The notes under the pieces: generated by a model
What the model was told of the DNA's origin: nothing
What the model saw: only the letters and a program-made list of their open reading frames with translations
Database searches by the model: none
Made by a program: the position numbers and the translations under genes
From: Raja brachyura
Lineage: Eukaryota
DNA length: 64,000 nucleotides
Assembly: GCA_963514005.1 (NCBI GenBank)
Contig: OY740795.1
Span: 50,964,001-51,028,000 of the forward strand
Reading direction: 5' to 3'
Part shown: one piece after another, positions 51,790 through 62,199 of the stretch
Layout: each line of letters opens with the position of its first letter
Position numbering within the stretch: position 1 is the stretch's first letter

Positions 51790-53552
51790 CAATATCAAAA
51801 GCAAACCTTATGAAATCGCTCCCTAACTTCCACCAACATGTCTCCTACTGCACCAGAGGACCAAACACCCTCGACCACTGCTACACCACCATCAAGGATG
51901 TCAATCACTCTATCCCTCGCCCTCACTTCGGTAAATCCGACCATACCGCGGTGCTGCTTCTCCCTGCCCACAGGCAGCAATTGAAGAGCGCACACCCAGA
52001 GGTGAGGATTGACAGAGCTGGTCAGGGGGGGCAGAGGAACAACTACAGGACTGTTTGGAGTCTGTAGACTGGGCAATGTTTAGGGACTCGGCAACGGACC
52101 TGAACGAATACGCCGCAGTTGTTACAGACTTCATAATGAAATGCAGCCCTACAAAAAAACCTTCCGAGTGTTTCCCAATCTCAAGCCTTCGATGAACTTT
52201 GAGATCCGCACTCTTCTGAAGACCAGACACCAGGCATTCATGTCTGATGACACAGGGGTCTACAAGAAGACCAGATACGGCCTTAGTAAGGCCATCAAAA
52301 AGGCCAAAAGGGACTTCTGCTCCAAGCTGGAGGATGACAGATGTTCGGCAGTTGTGGCGGGGCCTGAATGCAATCACCTCCTACAAGGCAAAATCAGGAG
52401 GCAGCTCGAATGTCGGGGAAACATCACTCCCTGATGAGCTCAATGCATTTACGCACACCTTGATAGGGAGAACACTGATGTGCTTTCTCGAGCCCCCATT
52501 CGCTGTGATGGTATTTCAGTCTCAGTCACAGAGGCCGACGTCAGAAAATCCTTCAGAGGGGTGAACCCTCGAAAAGCGCCTGTACCTGATGGTATACCCG
52601 GTCGTGGTTTAAAAACCTGTGCGGACCAACTGGCTGGAGTTTTTACAGACATTTTCAACCTCTCACTTCTGAGGTCTGAGGTTCTCACCTGCTTTAAAAG
52701 GGCATCAATTATACCAGTGCCCAAGAAGAGCAAGGTGACGTGCCTCAATGACTATCGACCAGTGGCACTAACGCCTGTGGTGATGAAGTGCTTTAAGAGG
52801 TTGATGATGGCGCAAATCAACTCCTACCTCGACAAAAACCTGGACCCACTGCAGTTTGCTTACCGCCACAACAGATCAACGGTGGATGCGATCTTGCTGG
52901 CCCTCCACTCCGCTCTGGACCACTTGGACAACAAAAACTCATATGTCAGGCGGTTATTCATTGATTACAGCTCGGCATTTAATACAATCATCTCCTCCAA
53001 GCTGGTTACCAAACTCGCAGAACTGGCTCTCTGCGCATCCCTCTGCAATTGGATCCTCGACTTCCTCATTCACAGACCACAGTCTGTTCGTATTGGTGGA
53101 AATGTGTCAGCCTCGATAACAATGAGCACGGGAGCACCCCAGGGCTGCATGGTCAGCCCCCTGCTGTACTCACTCTATACTCATGACTGCGTAGTTAGTC
53201 ATAGCGCGAACTCCATCATCAAGTTCGCTGACGACACCACTGTTGTGGGACGTATCACTGATGGGGACGAGTCAGAGTATAGAAGAGAGATCAACCAACT
53301 GACCAAATGGTGCCAGCACAATAACCTGGCCCTTAACACCAGCAAAACCAAGGAACTGATTGTGGACTTTGGAAGGGGTAGGTATTTTATTTCATTCACA
53401 TGTTTAAACTATAATGTTTGACTATTAATGATTAATGCTTTATGCGTCATTCTTAATTATTACTGTATGTCATGTTGTTACTTGCGAGTGGAGCACCAAC
53501 GCAAATTCCTTGTATGTGAACATACTTGGCCAATAAACTTATTCATTCATTA
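51790..53552 (+). mobile_element. Rex1/Babar-type LINE, 5'-truncated and internally deleted (EN end plus RT)
   Basis: TRGPNTLDHCY...GKSDH (endonuclease C-terminus); 313-aa ORF with [25 protein letters not shown]. Jumps to the 3' tail after VDFGRG. Confidence 0.92.
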
Positions 53553-53849
53553 ATTTGTGATAAGGGAAAAACGTTGAGTGCAAGGTAAAGCCAGCATAGT
53601 CCGATCAAGGTTATTCCGAGGGTCACCAATGAGGAAGGTAGTAGTTCACGACTGCTCTCTGGATGATTCAGTTGCCTGATAACAGCTGAGAAGAAACTGT
53701 CCCTGAATCTGGAGGTGTGCGTTTTCACACTTTTGTGAAAAGGAGTGTGGTACATATTTGGAAAGCCTCGGCTTTGACTGCTATAGTCTTTTTGAGGTGT
53801 GTGGAACAGTAATCAGTCATTGCCTATTCACAGTGGAATCTGCAACTTA

Positions 53850-54427
53850 AGGGCCTGTCCCACCAGCATGCAACTCCATGCGATGAGCGCGACCTATCGT
53901 GGTCGCCTGAGCCGTCCGGCGTCGCGGGGCCGGTTCCACTTCGATCGCCGGAGCTGTGCGGAATTATGCGGAGTTCGTCCCGACATCGCGCGGGGCTCCG
54001 AAAAACTGACCATGTTCAAAAATTCCGCGCGGCAACGGCTTGTCGGCTCGCAGTCGCTTCGACGCATGACACACCGCCCCGACATCGTGCCTCCGTGAAC
54101 CTATCTGTAGGTGCCTCCGTGACCCTCTGTGCGTGTGGCTCCGTGGCCCTCTGTGTGTGTGCCTCTGTGCCCCTCTCTGTGTGTCCCTCTCTGTACTGGT
54201 GAACTTACCTTTCAGACTTGCTCCAAGTTTACCTCACTTTGCGCCGCGTTGCGCCACTCACCCGACGTCCGCGCGGCCCTCGCTGCCGGTTTGGTCGCGC
54301 TTGCCGTATGCAGGCGCATGCTGGTGGGAACGGCCCTGTACAGGGGATCACCCGACCTCCACGCGGCCCCCGCTTCTAGTTTGGTCGCGCTCATCGCATG
54401 GAGTCGGATGCTGGTAGGACAGGCCCT
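53850..54427. mobile_element. PIF/Harbinger-type MITE family A, copy 2 (inverted relative to copy 1)
   Basis: Same TIRs with a perfect TTA TSD (53847-53849 and 54428-54430); 113 bp from the exon 3 donor. Confidence 0.9.
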
Positions 54428-54540
54428 TTATTTACCACCAGTCCTCCAATAAGGTAACAAAGAACTTATTTTTTTGTACACAACTTGCTAATAGATGCCA
54501 ATGTCAGAAATTAGTCAAAAACATCTTTGATGAGGTTTAC

Positions 54541-54657
54541 CGTAAAAATCTTGTTTTTGTTGTCGAGAGTTGATTTCCTCTGACACGCATACTGAGAAAC
54601 GTGTGTGCCTGATGATGCTGATGGTTCATCTGACTGAAGCGGTTGTGTCTTCTGCAC
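54541..54657 (-). CDS. DNTT: TdT coding exon (human exon 3 equivalent; linker after the BRCT domain)
   Basis: Reverse strand reads ttctgtccctcag|GTG...TTTACG|gtaaac. 117 nt encoding VQKTQPLQSDEPSASSGTHVSQYACQRKSTLDNKNKIFT, matching the TdT motif SQYACQRRTTLNN.N.IFT. Not present in the ORF track. Confidence 0.95.
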
Positions 54658-55471
54658 CTGAGGGACAGAAATGGAACTGAATCAAATTTGGTGTTAGTTC
54701 AAATAAAGGTGTCTAGTTTCTTATAGGAACCACTGAATGATTAACGTATGATACTGGCAACAAGTAATTGCAGACTTCACAGCAGTCATCAGCTGGGTTA
54801 ATGAATTCATTCACTAAGCTAATGAATACTGTGAAGTCTGCATGTTGCTCACAATATTATTCAAGAGTTAAAGATCCACAGTAATGCAGAAAATAATATG
54901 ATTCCAACACTCGTCTCATGATTTTGTCTCTCAACGGTAATGTGAAAGAATCAAGGAATCGTTGTGGGATAATAGATAAAACACAGCTGAAAAATAGAAT
55001 TTTCACTTGCACTTTAGAAAAAAAGAGTCTTCCATCTCCTTCTAGCTTCTTCTTGTAACAGATATCACACAGTATAACACAAGGCAGATTACTCCAAAGA
55101 CCAAGGTGGCTTTTGTCAAGTAATAATATGTGGAATCATGACGTTTTACCATCAGGGTTGGCCCTGAAATGAAGGCGCTTTGGTAAGTATTCTGGAATCC
55201 AGCTGTATCTGTCTCTACATTGAAGTGTAATTCTAGGAGTTCTGGAACTTTGTTGAGGGACTTTGAGCACCATGGTCTAATGAGATAAGGAGCACTGGGA
55301 ATGTGCCATTTGTGACGACTAAACCAAAAACATTGGAGACCAGAAATAGTCCAAAGTAAAGAATCACAGCATGAAGTTAGATAGAAAGCACTGTGGAAGC
55401 ATTTGGGCATTGTCGGGACTTTGTAAAACTGGTTGGATGGTGACAAACAGCTGAAGAAAAATTGAGCAACC

Positions 55472-55945
55472 ATTGTGCTCAGTTCTGGGCACCATGTTAT
55501 AGGAAAGATGTTGATAAGCTGGAAATGGTACAGAAAAGATTTACAAGGATGTTGCCAGGACTAGGGAGTCTGAGGGAGAGGTTGTAGGCTGGGACTCTGT
55601 TCCTTGGAGCGCAGGAGGATGAGGGGTGATCTTATAGAGATGTATAAAATCATGAGAGGAATTGATCGGGCAGAGTCTTTTGCCCAGAGTAGGTGAATCG
55701 AGGACCAGAGGACATAGGTTTAAGGTGAAGGGGAAAATGGATATAATAGGAATCTGAGGGGTGACTTTTTCAAAATGGTGGTGGGTGGATGGAACAAGCT
55801 GCCAGAGGAGATAGTTGAGGCAGGGACTATCCCAACATTTAAGAAACCGTTAGACGAGGTACATAGATAAAACAGGTTTGGAGGTATATAGACCAAATGT
55901 AGGCAGGTGGGATTAATGCAGCTGGGACATGGTGGCCGATGTGGG
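55472..55945 (+). mobile_element. CR1 (HER1-like) LINE 3' fragment
   Basis: Collinear with 10790-11250. Confidence 0.85.
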
Positions 55946-57410
55946 AAAATATTCTGAAGAAGTCAGAGGTATCCTTGCCTATTGCTGCCCAAGCATTACA
56001 ACAGGAGGCTGTTGTTCTGCTAATAGGCCGGCCTGTGCCTAATATAACTCGAACTTTAGAAATAGATTAGGATAAAATAAAATACAGGAGGTTTCATTGT
56101 AATGTTAAATGCTTTAAATCATAGTCTCTAAAGCACCTGAGCATGACCCAAGAATACAAAATGAGCTCTGTTAGTGTAATTGTTCTTCTTAGCAAATCTT
56201 TTCCCATTGTCAGGAAGCATCTCACTGCTGCATATCATACTAAACTGTAGCAATTTATATTGAGAATGATCTAAAATCATAAAAGCAAAAAAAATCTTAG
56301 CAAATAAAGTTCAACAAATATTATTTTCATGTCATTTTTCATTTTGACATTGTTTAGATTATTTTTGTTTAGCTTAGTTTAGAGATACAGCGCGGAAACA
56401 GCCCCTTCGGCCCATCGAGTCCACACCAACCAGCGATCTCCGCACTTTAACATTATCCTACACATGCTTTTTACATTTACCAAGCCAATTTACCTACATA
56501 CCTGTACGTCTCTGTATATCGAAGATCTCGAAGAAAACTCACGCAGGTCACGGGGAGAATGCACAAACTCCATACAGAGAGCACCCGTAGTCGCGATCAA
56601 ACCCGGGTCTCTGGTGCTACGCCACCTTGCTACCATGAGTTCCACCGTGCATGAGGCTATCCGGCCCATTAAGTCAATGACAGCTCTCCAACCAATCTCA
56701 TTAATTCCCTTCTCTGAAATATTTCTCACCGGCCGATTGTCCCTTGATTAGCCCATTAACTCTCCCCTGAACCTTCTCTCATCCATCTGTACTGGGGATA
56801 ATTTATCGTACAAAATCACCACACCAGCATGCCTTTGAGGATGCGGGAAGCAATTTAATTTATATTTTCTAATTCAAAGCAAGGATGGTTCCAAGATTCT
56901 GTTCAATAATTTTTAACCAGTTCATCATGAAATTTTACCTGAGAAATTAGTACCATTCAATCTGTCATTAGGCTCCCAATTTATACAATGAACCAGTGAA
57001 AAATTAGGGAAGAATCTTAGCTGACGGGCTTTCTATTTTTAAACCGTCTTCACAATGAATTATAAAAAGATATCATACCATCGGTGCAACATCTTGGATG
57101 CCAATCAAAATCAGCATGAACTATCATGGTACTAACTGAATTAAATAGCAATCAACACCTCCATCAGGTTTACATTGCCAATTAATCCTTGACAAGGTAT
57201 AAACAAAGAGGTGGTTCGCCTGCCAAACAAAGCACTTGGCCTGCATCCTGCAGACACCACATAACTTTGACATCGTTTTCCAAACAAAATAATTCCAATC
57301 TGATACAGTTAAAATTTAGAAATATTTTCCAGTGTAACTTGCATTATTGGAAGAAAAAAAGTTACGAAGTTCATACCCAACAACCCTTGAAAACAGTTGC
57401 AAGGATCCTG

Positions 57411-57622
57411 GGTTGTTTAAGAAGGAACTGCAGATGCTGGAAAATCGAAGGTACACAAAAGTGCTGGAGAAACTCAGCGGGTGCAGCAGCATCTATGGAG
57501 CGAAGGAGATAGGCAACGTTTCGGGCTGAAACCCTTCTTCAGTCTGAAGAAGGGTTACGGCCCGAAACATTGCCTATTTCCTTCGCTCCATAGATGCTGC
57601 TGCACCCGCTGAGTTTCTCCAG
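57411..57622. mobile_element. Penelope-derived inverted terminal-repeat insertion (159-bp near-perfect palindrome 57464-57622)
   Basis: Arms are reverse complements centred on 57543; AGGATCCTG is repeated at 57402-57410 and 57621-57629. Confidence 0.88.
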
Positions 57623-58024
57623 GATCCTGCATTGTCATGATCCATTGCCCATAGAGAGCAGTTCAGAGATTATATCGACTGTGGTGCTGGGCTGATATAG
57701 TGATGTCTGTATCATGCCAATCCTTCAACAGATAGACACAAGAAGTTGGAGTAACTCAGCGGGACAGCCAGCATCTCTGGAGAGAAGGAATGGGTGATGT
57801 TTTGGGTCGACGCCCTTCCTCAGACATCACATTATTCCTTATGTGTGATATCAATAGGCCACTATCATTATTTACCGCACTCTTCAGTCTGAAGAAGTGT
57901 CCCGCCTCGAAATGTCATCTATCCATGTTCTCCAGAGATGCTGCCTGACCCTCTGAGATACTCCAGCACAATGTGTCTCTTTTTTGTAAACCAAAATCTT
58001 GCAGTTCTTCATTTCCACACTTTT

Positions 58025-58665
58025 ACAGCTTGGTTAAAGTGATTAAAGGTCCATTGTGATAGCTGGAGGTTTTTAGTAATTTTGGGATGAAATACAGTGC
58101 GCGAACTTGCGGTACTAGTGTCTGTTTTGCCACAGGTAGTGTGGCACGGGTCTGTCTTGACATCAGGCACTGGGCGGGTGAACACAGTACAGGGTCACAG
58201 GAGATGTAGCACAGGTTGAGCAAGTCTAGGAAAATGTATGATCCTGCTCTGTGGGATCGTTCCATCACTTGTTCGGCATTCCTGACAGACATTCAGCCAA
58301 CCCGTTTGACTGTGGGTATTGGGGCTACTGGTGATAAGGCAAAAGTCCCAGCGTTTAGCAAAGTCTTTGAAGTACTGGCTGGTAAACTGACTGCCGTTGT
58401 CGGAAACTAGTTGATAAGTAGCCCCGTGGACAGAGAAGTGGAGGACCAGCTTCTGGACTACCGCTGTGGAGGTGGAGCTATGGAGTAAATCAATTTCAAA
58501 CCATCCGGAGTACGAGTCAACTAAGACCAGGTATTGTTTGCCATGCCAACCAAAAATGTCAGTTGCCACAGTGGACCATGGGAGGTCCAGAAAGGGGTGT
58601 GAGAGAAGTGGCTGCATTGCTTGGTGTGGTGCCAAACTGTTGCACACCACACAGGACTGCAGAAG
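58025..58665 (-). mobile_element. Gypsy LTR retrotransposon integrase remnant
   Basis: PWSTVATDIF...YLVLVDSYSGWFEI...LVSDNGSQFTS...FAKRWDF...SSP (rve core), frameshifted. Confidence 0.92.
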
Positions 58666-59614
58666 TGCCCGGCAGATCCAATGCAGGATATATCAATAAA
58701 TGTGGGAACTGTGGAGGTTTGCATGTTGGCATTCGTGAACAATGCCCTGCTTTTGGAAAGGTTTGTAATTACTGTAGATGCAGAAATCACTTTATGCGCT
58801 GCTGTCGCTCACGTGGGAACAGAGTTGAGACAAAGCAATCTGTGCACCAGCTACAGCCAGAACCTTCCCACATAACTCCAATAGCAATCCCTCTGCCTAA
58901 CAAGGATGTGCTGCCTGCTATTGATGGACTAAGTATCAACATACATTCTTTGTCGGAGTTGTCTTGTAAACATCGCAATCCGATGGTCACCCTCCTCATT
59001 AACGGAGCAAACGTTATTGCTATACTTGATACAGGAGCTTGTTGCAATGTCCTATCCTTATCTGAGCTCCGCGGGATTCAGAATGCTGAAGTCATCAAAC
59101 AAACTACTGCTACGTTACTCCCCTTTGGGGGAGGTGTGATGCACCCTGTTGGAAGATTCAAGATACAGTGCCATCTATATACAATCTGATCTTCTTTATT
59201 GTCCGAGAGAAAGTGACTTCTCTGCTAGGCATTGATGCCTGCAATGACATAGGCTTGGTCACCTTTGGTACAGCAGTTCATCAACTGTTTTCTGCACATG
59301 GCTCCACTCAACAGTTTCTCTCACAATGCGGAGATCTCTTGGATGACAAGCTTGGCAAGCTTCCCATCAATGCACAATCACAACTGACCCAGAGGACATG
59401 CCAGTTGTCCGTCCTGCCCACCAGGTTCCCCATGCCATGCGGGATTGCGTACAAAAATAATTCAACAGGATGGAGCCTCTAGGAGTGATTGCTCCTGTTG
59501 TTGATCCATCGGACTGGGTCTCAACCATGGTGGTAGCAACCAAAAAGAACAAGGAAGAAATACGGATTTGTATCAATCCTAAAGATTTGAACACTGCCAT
59601 TAAACGACCACACT
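58666..59614 (+). mobile_element. Gypsy gag zinc knuckles, protease and RT N-terminus (inverted block)
   Basis: CGNCGGLH...CPAFGKVCNYCRCRNHFMRCC, ILDTGACCNVL, WVSTMVVATKK..IRICINPKDLNTAIKRPHY. Confidence 0.9.
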
Positions 59615-59762
59615 ATCTCACTTCTGACACCATGTTGAGTAATGAGACCCATATGCAGGAGTAACAACTTATAGCCTTTATTGTAACACAAGCGGAAGAA
59701 ACATTATAAGCTATCATCTCCGTAATCAGCATCATGTCTGACCATGAGATGATGGTGTAGCA
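59615..59762 (-). mobile_element. Gypsy primer-binding site (59615-59632) and adjoining 5' LTR
   Basis: Minus strand ...CAACA|TGGTGTCAGAAGTGAGAT is 17/18 complementary to the tRNA-Leu(CAA) 3' end. AATAAA is present in the putative LTR; its outer edge is uncertain. Confidence 0.75.
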
Positions 59763-60205
59763 TTATCAATAATCCAGGGTCTGGATGAAGATCCGGACTG
59801 GACTATGTATGGAACATGCAGCATGCATAATATGTGTGGTGATAGAATAGTAAAGGGAGGCTAATATGGTTAATCGACAAGTAACTCAGCGGGACAGGCA
59901 GCATCTCTGGAGACAAGGAATGGGTGATTTCAAGACCCTTCTTCAGATATCACATTTTGTCATCTTTACAGCCACTGGCAACGCAATACATGTCCCGCCA
60001 TAAACTTCAAAATGCAGTAGAGGATACATTTCATTGTAACCGTGATGCAGATATCTGGAATCTTAGTCCATTTGGTGTTCAAGAAGGAGTTGGCTCTTTG
60101 ACCACTGTAGGCAGGCATATAATCCAGCTGAAATCTCTTCTTGCCTTGTCTGCTTTCAATGGTCTCTATTCAATCACACAGTTATGCTCAATTTCAAAAG
60201 GAAGA

Positions 60206-60717
60206 TTTAGTTTAGTTTAGTTTAATTTAGTATTGTTTGGAGATACAGCAAGGAAACAGGCTCTTCGGCACATCCACCATCAATCACCCGCTAACACTAG
60301 TTCTTGTTATCCCGCTTTCTCATTCACTCCCTGGGGTCAAGGAAAAAGCGTTCACGTCGCGACCCTGTTTCCACCAATCTTTCCACCACTACGCACAAGA
60401 AGCACAAGAAGCGCAAGGCTCAATTGTATGCAGATGCCGAGAAGTGTGTTCAGCTCTGGCTGAACAATTTCTAAACTAGTGATGTGGACTCGGTAAGATG
60501 AACCACTCCCTACACACTAAGGGCAATTTACAGCAACCGATTAACCTACAAACCCGCACCTTTTTGGGATGTGGGAGGAAACTGGAGCAGCTGGAGGATA
60601 CCTTGGCAGTCATAGGGAGAACGTGCAAACTCCACACAGACAGCACCCGAGGTCGGGATCAAACCTGGATCCCTGGCACTGTGAGGCAGCAACTCTACTG
60701 CTGTCCCACTGCCACCC
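60206..60717 (-). mobile_element. V-SINE interrupted by an unclassified 171-bp insert (60333-60503)
   Basis: SINE tail and head lie on either side; CACTCCCT is duplicated at 60325-60332 and 60504-60511. Confidence 0.8.
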
Positions 60718-62199
60718 TAAGAGCTAATCAGTGCAGTTATGTGTGGGGGCAACTGACAGGCAGGCTGTGTAGAAAGTTGGCAAGTAGCCAAAAAAAAAGC
60801 CACCTCAGCACTTATTTACAGATTTCAAACTTGAAGTAACTGCGGATAGCCCCAAAAGTCTATTGAATTCTAATGACACTTTAAATAGTCCCTGTGAGTG
60901 GGTATTTGGGGGGGGAAAATCTGTCCTTAATGCTGCTCATCTATGTTCAACCGAATACGTTTCAAAGACTGTACATCCAATTAAAAGATGTCAAATCAGT
61001 ACAACAAATTGGTACCTGCCACGCTTCATGTCTAATAAGAATCAATTCGCCATCGTTTCACAACCCTAAAGGCAGTCGAAAATGTGGGCACTACCATGCT
61101 ATAGTTTGCCCCATTACCTTTGTAAGTATTGCATTAGTAAATAAATGTAGATGGGAGGTTACTAGAAACCCAGCCAACCACTTAAGCACAGAATATGAGT
61201 TTTGCACACAAAACATTACACAGAAAGAAATCCCTTTTCAAAGAACATATTAGAACACATTTTTTGAGACAAGCCACAATTCATTAGGAAAGAGAGATTT
61301 AATGTCAGAATTTGGAATTAAGAATAGAACACGTCCTCAATGGTTCTCAATTACCCTGTCTGAACTTTCAGTGAATGTGATGTTGAAAAAATATAAAATA
61401 GCAGGTACTGAATTCTGCTGCTCGTTGGTAATTATTTCAAATAAAATGAATTATCATTGAGCAGCAAGCACGGATTTTACCACAAAAAAAATGTGAATTT
61501 GTAATTTGGAGATTTGTCACTAAATGAATATGTGCACCTTTACCAACTGTTAATGTATTTCTAAACAGGATTATATGCTTATATTAGGATTTGTTTATTT
61601 ATGATTCAGCCAGGAACATTTTCATCAATTTTGGCTTGCTTGATTTGAGAACTCTGCACATAATGTTGTCTGCTGTGTATTTCATTTCTTCCATTATGTT
61701 TAAACTCTGGGACTGGGATTTGTGGCACCAGATGGTTTGTGCAGTGAGGCAGACTAGAGTTGATAGCAGTTGTCTATATTTTTGGCATGAAGGCAGGCAG
61801 CCACTTGCATGAAGACGTCAACGTACTCATTTTAGAGCATGCTGGTTTCAGAAGAAAAAAAAGTCATCAGCTACTCCTCAAAAATTCAGACTGCACACCT
61901 GATTTTCCAAACAGCAGGAAATAAATTCCACAATAGATATTAAATAAATTAAAAACTGCAAAAAAAAAATGGTATTGTCAATTTGGTCAGCATATTCAGT
62001 CCTTTGCAGAATGCGATGTTTTTAAGGCAAATTCCAGCAAGACAAGGGTGTGATCTTTCCCCGTGGCTGGAATGAGAGTTTTTGGCACTTTACCCCTGCT
62101 TCAGCAGGTAGCAGTAGAGGAATCAACAGGTATGGTCCGGGCCTACCCACCTGCTGTGCTGTTCCATAGCTGCACCATTATTAGAGGCAAGTTAAATGA

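Noticed and set aside
15611-54657. Assignment of the exons to DNA polymerase mu (POLM)
   Set aside because: GVGVKTADKW and VTLTGGFRR look Pol-mu-like, but AENCEF, LFTSVFGVG, FTKMQKAGFLYYED and SQYACQR are TdT-type. A phylogeny would settle it.
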